Shown here piece by piece: positions 12,801-26,866 of a stretch of DNA of 64,000 nucleotides. The notes beneath the pieces were generated by a model. That model ran no database searches. It saw nothing but the letters and a program-made list of their open reading frames with translations, and was not told the DNA's origin. Position 1 is the stretch's first letter. Each line of letters opens with the position of its first letter. The position numbers were made by a program, and so were the translations under genes. The DNA is taken from NCBI RefSeq assembly GCF_009914755.1, contig NC_060935.1; one strand, given 5' to 3'. Origin of the DNA: the human T2T-CHM13v2.0 reference genome, Homo sapiens.

Positions 12801-15788
12801 AATGTAAGGAATTATATCTTCATCCACCATTAACTCATATAACAGGAGTATCTCTCCAGGAAAAATGGACCACTGAGCATACTTTATGGAGCATACATTA
12901 TGAAGAAATGGCACAGGAGATCTGCCCATGAAAAGAGGAAAGCTTTAAAGACAATAATTGCAAACAAATCTTATCAATTAGATATAAGAAATAATTATCT
13001 GAGGTAAGACTTCTGGAACGGTGATTGAGGAGTCCAGTAGACCCTCTCTCTAAATCAGATCAATTTAATCTTAACTACTAGCTGAAAATAACCTTTCTGA
13101 ATTGTGGGAAGAAAGGAGGAGAGGCAATTTTATAGTATGAATAAGTGAAAGAAAAGCATGATATGATTACAACAATTTATGTTAGAAAAACATAAAATCT
13201 CTAGAAATTTTCCTAAGAGCATATATAAAGTGGAGAAACATTTTTTGAAGAATATCTACAAAATCTAGCTAAAAACAGCAAGTCTGTGGCATATCAGCTA
13301 CTAGCCACTTACTCCACACACCTAGCCCAGTGTGGCAGAAGCTCTGCTCTTGCCTGGTGTACCAATAAGACCAGGTTCTACCTCCCTAAGTTCCCAGCAT
13401 AATGCTCAAGTTTTTGTTCTTGTTTTTGTTGTTGTTGTTGTTTCCTGGAAGAAACAGACTGCCAGCATTTCTTACTCTCCTGCTTCCTTCCACCAGCTTC
13501 CTCTTACCAAAAACCCTGTTTTAGGCAAATGCAGCCAAGAAGTCTGAGTTTCACTTCCCCCAATGAGCCTGCAATTATATATAAAGTGGAAGATCTATGC
13601 CAGGCGAAAGATGCCAATCATACTGGGTTTGTGAAATATATAGACTATATAACAATTACAGCATCAGAAAAGGGGAGAGGGAAGATAACTATACAGAAAT
13701 ACATTTTTTATACCTCACAGAAATTAACATAAATTTGAAGATTCTTATAAGTAATAATTTATACTGTAAACTGTAGAGCAACCACTAAGAAAACACTCAA
13801 AAATATTCAGAAATCATTAAAAAGTAAAATGTCAGCTAAGAAAATAGTCATTTTCTGCAAAAAAAAAACAGAAAATATCTACAGAAAAAGATACAAAATA
13901 GATAGAAAAAAACCTTGCAAAATGGCAGATGTAAATACAACCATATCAATAACATCAAAAGTGAATGAACTAAACAATAGAGGCAAAACAAAGAAAAGGA
14001 AGAGATTGTAAAATCATATTTTAAAATAATATAAGTAGCACCCAACATATGATATCTACAGAAGACACATTTCAGGCTTAAAGATACAAAGAGGTTAAAG
14101 TAAGGAATAAAGATATATCATGTAAACAATAACCATAAAATAGCTGGAGTGGCTATATCGATGCCTGACAAAATAGACTTTGAAACAAAGTTTTCTTCGA
14201 AATAAAGTAGGACATTTTATTATGAAAAAGAGTCCATTCATCAAAAAACATTAAAAAGTATAGATATATGTGCACCTAACAGAACCCCCAAATATAAGAA
14301 GTAATAGGGGGACAAAATTGAAGGAAGAAATAGACACATCAACAATAAGATTTGGAGACCTTAATATGCCCCCTTCCAATAATAGACAGAACACCTATGC
14401 AGAAGATAAATGAAATAGAAGTCTTAAAATCTATGATAAACCAATGAGGACCTAACAGACATCTACAGAATTTCCACCCAACCATGGAAGACACAGTCTT
14501 CTCAAGTGTATGCACATGATGTAACATCTCCAGTTTAGACCAAACACTAGTCTATAAAACAAGCCTCAAAATTTTAAAACGATTGAAGTAATACAAAGTT
14601 TGCTCACCACAATGGAATTAAATTAAAAATCAATAATGAAAGGACATTTTGGAAAGTTTATCATTGTAAAATCAGTTAAAAGAAAAAAGAATAGACATTA
14701 CAATGGAAAATGGTGAGATAGAGAATACTAAAACTGTAGAGAAAATAAATAAGGCAAAAAGTATATTTTAAAAAGGCATTAATAATATTGACAAACACCA
14801 TCTAATACCATATTAATTGTGAAAGACTAAACCCTTTTAGTCTCAAATCTTGAACAATACAAGAATGCCTGTTTCGCTATTTTTATTAGATAGTGTACTG
14901 AAAGTTCTAGCCTGGGCAATTAGGCAAGGAACAGAAATAAAAGTCATGCAGACTGGAAAAGATGAGGTAAAACTATACGTATTTGCAAATGACAAGATCT
15001 CATATGTAGGGGTGAAGAATCCACTGCTAGGGTGAGAAGGGGGGAAATCTGTGATAACTAATAAATGAGTTTGGTAAGCTTATAATATAATTTTACAAAA
15101 ATAATTGTATTTCTATGAACTCACAAAAAGAATATGACAAATTGAGAAAATTATCTTGTTGACAATGATATCAAAAAGAATTGGAGTAATAAATTTAACA
15201 AAAAATGTTAAACTTTTACATTCAAAACTTGAAAATATTATTCAAAGAAATCACAGAAGACCTTAATAGATGTAGCTGCATTCCATTTTCATGGATTAGA
15301 TAGCAATATTGTCCAAATTTATTTACAGATTCAACACAATCCCTGCCAAATACCAGCTGCTTTTGTTTTGGCTAAAATTAACAATTATATTCTAAAATTC
15401 GTATAGAAGTTCTAGCAAACATTGAAGTCCAAATAATCTCAAAAATGAGAAAATTGGAAGACTCAGAATTCTACTTTCTACAACTTACTATAAAGCTATA
15501 TTAATCAAAACAATGTGGTACTAGAAAAAGAAGAGACATGTAGATTAACTAAATATGGACTCCTACATAAACTTTTATATCTATAAATAGACAATTGATT
15601 TTCAAGGGTTTTGAGACAATTTAGTGGGAAAATAATTGTCTTTACAATAAATTTCCCTGGAAAAACTAAATATCTACATGCAACAACAACAAATGAAACT
15701 GGATCCCTTTCTTACATCACACACAAAAATTAACTCAAACAATCAGTGGCTTAAATATAAGATAAATTATAAAACTCTTAAAAGGACA

Positions 15789-16197
15789 TGATCTAGTTTG
15801 ACTATATGTCCCTGCCAAACCTCATATTGAATTATAATCGCCGATATTGGAGGAGGGGCCTGGTGGGAGGTGTTTGGATCATGGAAGTTCATTCCCTCAT
15901 AAATGGCTTAGCTCCATCCCCTTGTTGATGAGTGAGTTCACATGAGATCTGGTTGTTTAAAGCTGTGTGGTAACCCCCACTCCTCTCTCTCTTGCTCCTT
16001 CTGTGGCCATATGATGTGTCTGCTCCCACTTCACTTTCATTGTGAGTAAAAGTTGCTGGGGCCTCCCCAGAAGCTGAGCAGATGCCAGAAACATGCTTGT
16101 ACAGTCTGCAGAACCATGCATCAATTAAATCTCTTTTCTTTATAAATTTTTCAGCATCAGATATTTCTTTATAGTGACACAAGAACAGCCTAACACA
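15789..16197 (+). mobile_element. MaLR solo LTR (MSTA/MSTB-like) nested in L1M
   Basis: TGATCTAGTTTG...GGGCCTGGTGGGAGGTG...GGCCTCCCCAGAAGC...CCTAACACA; TSD GGACA/GAACA (4 of 5). Confidence 0.88.
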
Positions 16198-16547
16198 GAA
16201 CACACAGGAGGAAATCTTTACAATCTTGGATTAGGCAAAGGCTTCATTGACTTGACAACAAAAACACAAGCGACAAAAGAAAAAAAATTAAAATTAGGAC
16301 TTCACAAAAATTAAAAAGTTTTATTCTGAAATGATTCTATTAATAAAGCTATAAGCCAACCCACAGATTAAGAAAAAGATTATGTCACATATCTGACATA
16401 GGGTTTGTGTCAAGAATATGTAAGTATCTCTTGCAAGTCAGTAATAAAAATATAAAGATGCTGAGCATCATAAGTCATTAGGTAAATGCAGGGTCAAACT
16501 ACAATAATATTTTATACCCACTAAGATCATGGAAATAAAAGATAGAC

Positions 16548-16926
16548 AAATAAGCCATGAAGAGAAAGACAAATAGCACATGATGAATCAAAAGGGTTGA
16601 TCTCATAGAAGTGGAGACTAGAATGGTGGTCATCAGGGGCTGGAGCATTAGAGGTGGGGGATATGTGGGTGAGATGTTGGTCAAAGGACACAAAATTTTA
16701 GGTCAACAAAATAAATAAGTTAAACAAATCTATTGTACGACATAGTGACTATAGTTAATAATATATTCTTTAAAAATGCTGAGTAAATTTTAAATGTTTT
16801 CACTACAAAATGGTAACTGTGAACTAATACATATGTTAATTACCCAGATTTACCTATTCAAAATGTGTTTCATCATCGTGTGCATAAGTACATATAATTT
16901 TATCTGTCATGTTTTTAAAATAAAAA
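16548..16926 (+). mobile_element. L1MA-class 3' end nested in L1M
   Basis: GTTGATCTCATAGAAGT...AGAATGGTGGT...GAGATGTTGGTCAAAGGACACAAAATTT...GTGACTATAGTTAATAAT, typical of the L1MA 3'UTR. Confidence 0.75.
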
Positions 16927-18556
16927 CTAATGTATAAAAGGCAATTATAACACATTGGGGAGGATGAGGAGAAATTGGAGCCCTCAAACTACTGCTGGTG
17001 AGAATATAAAATGTTGCAATCCTGTGAAAATAGATTTGGCCATTTCTCCACATGTTAACCACATAGTTATATGACTCAGCATTCCAACCCTAGGTATATA
17101 CCCAAGATAAATGTAAACATAATGTCCACACAAAAATGTAAACATGAACATCTATGGATTATTAACAGCCCAAAAGTGGAAAAAAATTAAATGTCCATCA
17201 ACAACAAGATGTGGAATAGAGATACATGCTACAATATGGATGCATCTTGAAAACATTATTATAGGTGAAAAATGCCACTTATAAAAAAATCACACATTAT
17301 ATAATTTTATTTACAAAAAACTGTCCAGAATGAGCAAATCTATAAATATAGAAAACAGATTATTTGTTCTTCAGCTCAGAGGGGAGCGGGGGCATGACTG
17401 CTAATGGGTACGGGGTTTCATTTTGGTGTGATGAAAATGCAGAAAAAATAGAATGTGATTAATAGCTACATAACTGTGTATGCAATAAAATCTACTGAAT
17501 TCAACTGTACACTTTAAATAGAGGAATTGTATGGAATGTGAATTGTATCTCAATAATGCTACTTTTAAGAAGAGTCACAATGAATTAGGTTAAACAAATG
17601 AAAATCTAAAACAAGAGCACATGTTAAGACTAGTTTTAATGACCTACAATCAGCAGAATGGAATATCTATTATTTCACATTCACTCAGGGTATTATAAAT
17701 TCTTATCATTCCTACTAAAATATTATATCCTTTTATTCTCTTTTTGGTTATTTTAAATAATTACTAAATTAAAAATTGTTTTAAGTTACCTTGTTTCAAT
17801 TCAGAACTTAGCCATAGGCAGGTGAACTTGAAGCATATTTCATGTGTAAGTCTCTGTTATAAGAGGATAATCTTAAGGGGACTTAAGTTGGGTTCCAATA
17901 ATTTAACTTAAAAAGTTGTTCTCTCAAACAAATTCCAGTGTATTAAGTTGTTCAAATGTCATAGAGAGAAGGTACGTATCATAGAAAGTAATGTATCTAT
18001 ATGCTGGGAGGTGAACGTGATAAACTATTCTGAATACTATACGTAGTTGCTCTGATATCTAAAATTAATCTAATTACTACAGACTAATGGAACAATCAAG
18101 GGAGGTTTTCTTTTTCAAATCATATATGATGATATCACTTAAATGCTATTTAATATTTCTTATACAAAAATGTGGTCAGCAAGTTTATTTTGTATTACCA
18201 TTTCAGGAAAACTGTAAGTTGTTCACATTAACTTGTATGTAACCTCTAATTAGGAAATAAGAACTGTGTTCTAAGTAATTTCCAATATACCTTGGAATAA
18301 GACATAGTATAAATTATAAATCAGCAAATAATTTTACCTTGGTATAGTCATTTTCACACTTGTGACTACAGAGAGTTAATGTATTTGATAGAGAAGTTCA
18401 ACATTCTTTTTTTCATATTTTAATCTAGATTCTAAACTGCTAGAAGATATGGACTATTTATTTCTTGTTCTCTTTATCCTTGAGTCTACCATGTGTCAGC
18501 TAAATAATTAATTTTTAAAAATTAAAAGAAAACTATTCAATATAAAAATTTATCCA

Positions 18557-18715
18557 CAATGGAATGTGCTTCCTTGAGTAGTCATGACCTCTTCCATACT
18601 GGAAGATAAAATGCTGGATTGGTCAGCCCTTTGCTAGGTACTTGTAAGGAAGGAATCAATCACCTACAGGAAGTTCAGACTACATTAACTCCCTCCCAGT
18701 CCTGTGATTTTGTGG
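18557..18715 (+). mobile_element. L3/CR1 3' terminal fragment
   Basis: CAATGGAATGTGCTTCCTTGAG...CTGGAAG...GCTGGAT...GACTACAT...CCCTCCCAGTCCTGTGATTTTGTG follows the layout of the L3 3' end. Confidence 0.55.
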
Positions 18716-18983
18716 AACTAAGTGTATAACACAGTTATTTAGACACACATTTATGTATTTTTTTATTTCTTATTTTTTCCCCAATGCCTTTGCCAGTAAA
18801 AATATGCATCATAAGATCATCTAGTATCCTATCTAGAAGATTTGAAATAATGTACATAAAAAGTCCACTGTTCTTATAAAGAGCACTATCAGTTAAAGAA
18901 ACACAAGTTAGCTGATTCTTTATTACAAAGTTTGAAACATGGGTTGAGGAGAGAGATTTGGGTAGAATGAGATTTCCTAATAC

Positions 18984-19302
<319 letters not shown>

Positions 19303-19829
19303 CCTAATACAGTTTTAATAGCTGTGTTTGCAACTATATTTCACCATGCAATTTCAAAATCTCAATGTAATGTGTAATTAATTTCATGAAAAGCATTATT
19401 ATTAATTGAAATAATTTGTACTCTGTAATTTTGCCAGGAGACATAACATGCATATACTTAAATATGTCAGAGGTGAATAGTTACACATTATATATTCATG
19501 AGTATTGCATTCCTGTGTTGGCAACAATGGTATTGTACATAATGCATGGGAGCCCAGAAAGACGATTAAGATTTTAAGGAATTAGCCTACAGGTTATCAA
19601 GAAATTTATAGAGTAACCTTATGCAATTCAGTGTGGGGGAGTGGACAGATGATTATTTTCAAATAATCTTTAAGAAAGTGAGTTCCCTTTCAACAGAATT
19701 GAAAACTAAATGAACCCAGTATGTTATGTTTGAATTGAATGCCAAGCACAACCCATTTATATGAAGAGTAAATGCTTGTATAATCTTTATTATCATTTAC
19801 AAAAGAGTTGTGAAATATATTACCTTCTT

Positions 19830-19980
19830 TGAAATCCCCAACAACTCTCTAAGGCTGATTGGTCAAGTATCATTATATTCACTTTAGAGATAAGGAAACT
19901 GTGGCTTAGAAAATGGTACTTTTCCTCAAGTTCACAATGCTAATTATTAACAAAGACAAGACATGAACCTAGATTCCCTG
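19830..19980 (-). mobile_element. MIR SINE
   Basis: TATCATTATATTCACTTTAGAGATAAGGAAACTGTGGCTTAGAAA...CTCAAGTTCACA. Confidence 0.7.
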
Positions 19981-21134
19981 CACCATCTAGCCTGGTGCCT
20001 GGAAAAGAGTAGGTCCCTGCTGAATGTATGTTGACCACATTTACTGAAAAGTTGGTTATAAGTTAGAGCACTCTGTCCACTTCACATCCCACTGTGTTAA
20101 AATGGCTTTGTACGCGAAAGTGGTGTCCTCTGGAATACTTCATTTAAAAGAGCTGATGACTTCAGGTTTGGCTAACTAGGTAACAGAAGTATCTTATCAT
20201 GAATTCAAACAATCAGGAGTTTCAAATATGTTTGTTGGTTTTAAATTAGTGGGTCATCCTCATTTAGTGAGAGTGAGGAAGTTTCTGCAGCAAAGACTTA
20301 CTAAATTGTACCATAATATCTTCTACTGTCCATTATATAGACATTATGAGAAAGTCAACAGATGTCACTGCGAAAAAGAGAAAGAATGGTTACCATTTCT
20401 CAGTGCTTGTCAGCACAAACCACAATGACTCACTTTCATGTTTTTTTTTGAAAAAGGGTCACTTGGGTCACCATGTGCTGGCATATTAACTTAATTTCTG
20501 CCAAAGAAAGAGTCCATACAGAATCTGTAATTTCTTTTGAGTAGATACAAATCAAAATCTTTTTGATAGAGAGATTCTGGCATGCAATCTTGATATGTGA
20601 AATATGAGGCAGAAAACCTGGAGGTCTGCTGTTCTGAAGGCTGGAAGACATTTCTCTCTACTGAACCCCACTGTCCAAGTAGCGGTCACCCAGGCCTTTG
20701 GCCTCTCTGAGCCTCTCTGAGCCTGCCCTGATCCTTGCCCCACATTTCTGTCTTTTGAATTCTTCCTTACCTGAATTTTATTATCATTCCCTTCCCCATC
20801 TCAATACCTCACCATGGCTCAGGTCAGTTTAGGTCTAGAGTGACAGAATGTAGAGAATTATTTTAGTCACAGATTCTGAGATTGGTGGAGATGACAAGGA
20901 GCCAACTATTTCAACTAGTAGGTTTGCAGGAAGAGCTGGAGGGAGACACAAATCAAGAGGCAATGAGAGATTGTAGCCCCTGGGAAGTAAGAGTCATCAA
21001 CTGAAAATTAGTACCAATCCTTGTATCTAATATGTCAGTGAAGTTAACCCCGCAGCTCTGCTTTGGGCTAAAGTCTCCTTTTTTTGTGGTCTAATAAAAT
21101 AGTATCCTGTGTTTCAGTCTATGTTGACAGTGCC

Positions 21135-21330
21135 TTATAGTGATAAAGAGGGACAGGTTCTACAGTCAGCCACACCTTGTTTTAAATCCAACTCCACCAC
21201 TAACCTTGATACTTTGGGCAAGTACTTAAATCCTCTAAGCCTTATTTTTATGCCTTTGTAAATTAGAAATAATCATACTTTATGCACAGACTTGGTGAGT
21301 AATTAAGACAATGCAAATAAAATATTTATC
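21135..21330 (+). mobile_element. MIR SINE
   Basis: TTTAAATCCAACTCCACCACT...CTTTGGGCAAGTACTTAAATCCTCTAAGCCT...TGTAAATTAG. Confidence 0.7.
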
Positions 21331-21489
21331 TGGTATTTATATGTATGTTGATATACCAGATACGATACACATCAAAAAAAGTAAATATGCAATATGTAAT
21401 AGACTTTTTTATTATTATACATACTGGCAAACTGTTCACCAAATCAGTTTCCTTCTCCCCCAGAGCACAGAACAAGACTATTTTCTTCC

Positions 21490-21941
21490 TATGATAGGCT
21501 GAATGATGGCTCTGAAAGATGTTCATATCCTAACTCAAGACTCTGTAAAGATGTTATGTTACACGGTAAAAGGGACTTGATATATGTGGTTAAATTAAGG
21601 ATCTTACATTGGAGAGATTAGCCTTTGTGATTAACTTGGGGCCACTGTACTCAGATAGGCTCTTATAAAAATGAGGAAGGAGAATAACAAGTAATAGAAG
21701 ATATGACCTTGGAAGCAAGAGTTTGCAGTGATGCCACAAAGAAATCATGAGCGAAGGAATTCAGGCACCCTCTAGAAGCTGAAAAAGGCAAGAGAATGGA
21801 TTCTCCTCTTCAAGTCTTGATTTTGCCCAGTGAAACTGATTTCAGACTTCTAACTTCTGAAATGGTAAGAAAATTAATTTGTACTCTTTTAAGCCACTAA
21901 ATTTGTGGTGATTTGTTACAATGGCAATAGAAAATTAACAT
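21490..21941 (+). mobile_element. MaLR solo LTR (MLT1C/D-like), apparently nested in an older MLT1 LTR (about 21420-22200)
   Basis: GGCTGAATGATGGC...AAAGATGTTCATATCCTAA...TCTAGAAGCTGAAAAAGGCAAG...TTTAAGCCACTAAATTTGTGGTGATTTGTTACA. Confidence 0.8.
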
Positions 21942-24900
21942 GCCTAGCCAACATTGTGGAGGGCCATATGAACAAGATCTGACAATGGACAGGAGTGAAA
22001 TGAATATACCTAACAACAAATCTGGCCCCATAATTCCTTACAAAGTCTTCACCCTCTTTTTTTCTCTGTCCACCAGATGGAAGCCAAGAACATAAAGGTC
22101 CTTGGGGATGAGAGGTCTGCAGGAGGAAAGAAGCGTTAGGACCTAAATCGACCTATGGAAGACCACCTGCTAATATCCCACTTTACTGAAACGATCTTTC
22201 TGCCTATCTTTACTGTGAGACAAAACATATAAATGAAAGAGGATATACCTTATTCTTGTGTTCTTAATGGTTAACATTATGTTTGGTGCCTACCTAGAAA
22301 GTATCTCCTAAGGGATTATCAAGACCTTGTAAGCTATGCAAAAGAAAGGAGGCAAGAGGTCAGAAGTGAAGATAGCAAAGGCAGATTGAAAAGCAGAGGG
22401 CAGGGCAGGTACAATTTTTCAACACACAAGCTGAGAACAAAGTCAGGGTCAGGAGTTAACCTGTAATGGATATCGGCCTATGGACTATAGGCTCATTTAC
22501 ATGGAGAGAACAAAACCAGTCATCCACTACACAATGGGTGACCATGGCAAAGTAGGAATGAGAGGAAACCCTTATGAATTTGGGACCTCTATTCAAAGTT
22601 AGTAAATATAGCACGTTTATTAATCTCTTGATCAGAAATAACTTAGCCTTGCCTAAGTTATTCATTTTTTCATACATGCTATTTTGATAGTGTTTGGATA
22701 AATAAAGCCATGAGATGCTTTCTGCCCTGGTTTACATGGGAAAGCAATATACAAAGGTTCACACTAGAATTAAAACAAAGATTATCCCCCGAAATAATGG
22801 AATAAAACAAGGCAACCATCAGCTCAAAGACTTTTATTGTCCCAAGTAGGGTCTGAGATTTATAGAGAATATTTGCTTTTCCTATTTTCAATCTACTTAA
22901 GTTCTGTATTATTTGAAGAGCAACCCAATTATTTTTAACCTAAATGCTTCTCTGATCTGGAACAAAGTTTTGCTTTTACCAGACAGTTCTCAGGCCTTGC
23001 AATAGGCAAGATCATCGTCACTGTAGTCCCAAGATACAGTCTCTTTCTCAGTGATGCATAAAAGGATTTTCCTCCCTTCAAATGATAATTAAATTAAAAA
23101 CAAAGTTGGAAAGGCAGCTTTGAACTGCTCTGATGAAAAAGGTCACTCACTGATCAGCAATCTGTTAGCACAGCTGTGTTGAGAAGAGACTTTTGAGCCA
23201 TGTCTTCTACAAGTGGGTTCTTCATGTCAAGTGAGAAGGCCGTTGATTTTGCTTCTTTTAAACACTTTTGTAAGTGACTCTCAGAAGCCAGCAAACATAC
23301 AGGCATTTGGTGAGTTTGGAGAGACTTAGGTAAAATACCAAATTATTTTGTCAAGAAAATCCACAAGAGGAAAGCAACACTGAATCTACAATCAGGAAAA
23401 CAAACAAACAAAAAACCTGTGGCAGTGAGCTAATTTATGTCCTTTCTATTAGAAGTGTCATGTGTCAGTTTGCTCGTTTCCTTGATCATTGTACCACCAG
23501 AGGGGAGGGAGTTTCATGAAGTGGTTATGCTTAACAAGTGTTACTCCTAGAAATTGCATGTGGCCAAATCATATTTTATATTCAGTGAACTGATATTTTC
23601 CAATCTAAAAAATCTACATGGCAATGACCAAGGGATTTTAGCATTGTTTAAAGAAAAGAAAACCTTATGCCCATGGCAATAATAAATGGACACTTCTCTT
23701 CTCAACTTCTTGGATGCTACAGCCAGTAAACAAACAGGCATTTGGAGAGTTTGTAGGGACAGACAGATAATCTAAGTTTGGTTTTAGACAGATAACAACC
23801 TAAGTGTAGCTAATGTCAGGTTTTGAGTAGCAATTGCTCTTCTGTAGCTCAGGAATTGGAAAATAGTGTCGTTTTAAAGTTTCTTCATAGGATAATAATT
23901 TTCCCATTGGAAAATCTCAGATTCAAACCTGTCCCTAATCACTTCCTTTAAATTCCAGTAAGAAAAAGAATAAACTGAACCTAGTGCGGAGACTGGAAAT
24001 TGATTTGTTAGTCATTTTCAAATATGGCATATCATGTTGGCATTCACTTCTTTTAATAAATATAAAATGACTCATTAATCTCACTGTAGAAAAAATACAG
24101 ATGAGATTTCTTTTATCATAACATTTACTGTACATAGAAGTTTGATGACTAGTAAAATGATAACAACATTAACATTCACTGAGCAATGTTTACATGGCAA
24201 TGACTGAATCCATTCTATATTTCTTGAAAAGGATGTGGGTTGTGTATCTCAGCAAATATCGGGGTTTTTAGGTGCTTTTCTATGTCCTTTATATGCCTCA
24301 TTTAATCTTCACAACAATCCTTTGAAGCAATTATTTAGATAATTTTATGTGACCTTTGAAGACTTTGAAGTATAAACTTGATATATCTTATTTAATAGAA
24401 GGTTTTCTTCATAATCTCCTTATCTTCCCTGACAGGTTTTCCTAACTTCAAATCTGGAGAAGAGACAAGAGATTCATTCCCTTTCTTCCTAGAGATTCTT
24501 ATGCCAAGTAGTGCAGAGATTCTTATGAAAATTATTAAAAAGTTAGCCTTCATCAAATCACAAAAGATGAATATGTTGAATGGGTGGCTACTTACATTTT
24601 TGTAACTAGGAGGAGTCATTCAAGTGGTTCTTAAATGAAGAATTAAATCTTGCTTAAAGCTTTACTAATGAAAACAAATATGTCTGTTATTGTTGATTGT
24701 TTACAAAAAGTGTCCTAGCAACATGAGAATTTTTTCCAAAAAACATAAATGAAGAACTACATGAAGTTATACACTTATTGACTTAATTTTGTTAATAAAA
24801 TAAAACCTTACACAATTGGGACTTTGCAGGAAAAATTCAGCTTATTCTATTCTTCCAATAACGTATCTGGAGTAAACAAATCCCATTATTTTGACAACTC

Positions 24901-26866
24901 TTTTAGTTATTGACAGCCTATTGGAAAACAGCTCAACAGTTTCACTTCTCTGACTCACATAAAGGGCATGTCATGAGATTTCCTAAGAAAAGGTCTAATC
25001 TCGGTTAGGTGAATTTTGGGGTTTGTATTGGGTACAGTATTATTTGGTAATAAAGATCACAGGGTAAAAGTCTCTTTATCTTTGACTCGCTGCACAAGTC
25101 AAAGACATCTAGCTTTCTTTTTCCTTATGAAACATTTTATTTTCCTAAATTGTAGCTAGACTCTGAACAATAGGCTGCCTTGCCTGGTAAGTCTGCAATG
25201 GGTAGATCCTAGATGGTCTTAGGGCAAATAATGTGTAGTAAGCTTTAGATTAGTGTTTACTCACATCAAAGAAGCAAGAATAGGTTTTGTGCTTTGAGGT
25301 TGAAATGTATCAAACTGACTTTGGATAACTTGAAAATACCTTACAAAGGGAAAGGGAATTTCTAGCATAAGATTTATGTCAAGTTTGGTACTATAATGCC
25401 AGGTGATAATAGCTTCACTTTTGCTCTGTGTACATGTGTATTTTCTAAATTCTAAAATATCAGTGATTTTAAGATATACCTTCAATTCAAGAATACCTTT
25501 TCAGGATACAGAAAATGCCACAATAAATACAATAAATTTTGTTTCTAGTGGTGGTTTATTATTGTAAACTAATCAAACAATAATGGGGCATAACTAGGCG
25601 GCATTCCCCCTACCCCTGTTTTCTTTTTAAATTATTAGGAGGGCTTGATGTGGATGTTAATGCTTGAAGTGAGTCATTTGCAGAGCTACTCTTAGTTATG
25701 CAGCTGTTAGGTGAATAGACTCACAATCCAAAGGACAGCTTGCAGTGGAACTCTTGGCATAATGAAGGCTTTCCTGCAATATTCCCCTCCCCCGAGGATC
25801 CTTAGCTCTTATCACTAGAGAGAGGCACGTTAGCACTTAACACCTCATCTCCCATAGTGTAGCCAGGGAGGTCTAATGAAGAGGAGCAGGTGATCCTGAA
25901 CAAAGTCCTCTGTTATAGAGGTCACAGGAGAATGTATTAGAAGGAAGTAGTTAAATAGGCATGAAAACTTCCTCAGCTTTGCAGAGGAGGGCCAGCCCTT
26001 CCATAGATGTGACTGAGCAAATGACTATGGGCAATTCAAACAAGCTCAGCAAGTTGCCCTTGGGCATCAGGGAAGACTTCAATGCAGCTGTAGTCTCTGA
26101 CGGACTAAACTTCAAAAGTGAGTCTGGCTACCATGACTGAAGCAATTGGGCTAGAATCCTGCAAAGATTTTCCAGTTATCTTTCTCTGTCCTGTATCCAT
26201 TCCTACCCTGTAGCTGCCAAATGGACAGGACATTAGATTGATACCTGTAAGTCTCTTAAGGGATGGATACAGTGAGGGGGCAAGCTGAGCCTCACAATGA
26301 AGCCCCACTAATAAGCACATGAAAATATTTGGGAAATGAAGTAGAACAGTAAAACATATGACTGTGTCTGTGTATGTCTGCTTCACAGAATTTCTGCATA
26401 CAAAATCATTTTAATACACCATTGTTGGTGTAATATATTGGAAGATACATTAAACAATAATTATAGATAAAAATTTAAGTTAAAATTAATCTGAGGGTGG
26501 TATTACCAAAGCAAATAATACTGAAAAAGTCACAATTAGATAATTACATAAGCACACATCAACAGATAATGGCAGTTACAGATACTGTAAATCACACCCA
26601 AGTCTCAGCCTGGTGATGGTCACATTTAGTCATCAATAATAATAAATAATAATACATTAAAAATAGACCTAAGTATGTTACATTTTTATTATGTGTCCAA
26701 GAATTGTAATGTCTATCAAAATTTTTGTGAAACAACAGTAGTAACAGTAACAACAACAGTTTGTGAGAGCTTCATTCCCAACATGGTTAGTAATTGCCTT
26801 ATATTTTCATTCTTATCCTTACAGCAATCCTTCAAGGGAGGAATTATTTCTCTAAAAGTGGATCTT

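Larger units (their letters stand above)
13008..17567 (+). mobile_element. Old L1M (L1MB-like 3' end), internally deleted, with nested insertions
   Basis: 5' GACTTCTGGAACGG...GAGGAG...GACCCTCTC; degraded ORF2 endonuclease/RT motifs (GCTGGAGTGGCTATA, GAAAGTTCTAGCCTGGGCAATTAGGCAAG); 3' GGGTACGGGGTTTC...GAATTGTATCTCAATAA. Confidence 0.8.

Noticed and set aside
20771-20936. Minus-strand exon candidate (CTCCCTCCAG| ... CAG|GTAAGG)
   Set aside because: Splice-like motifs only; there is an alternative donor nearby and no recognisable peptide.
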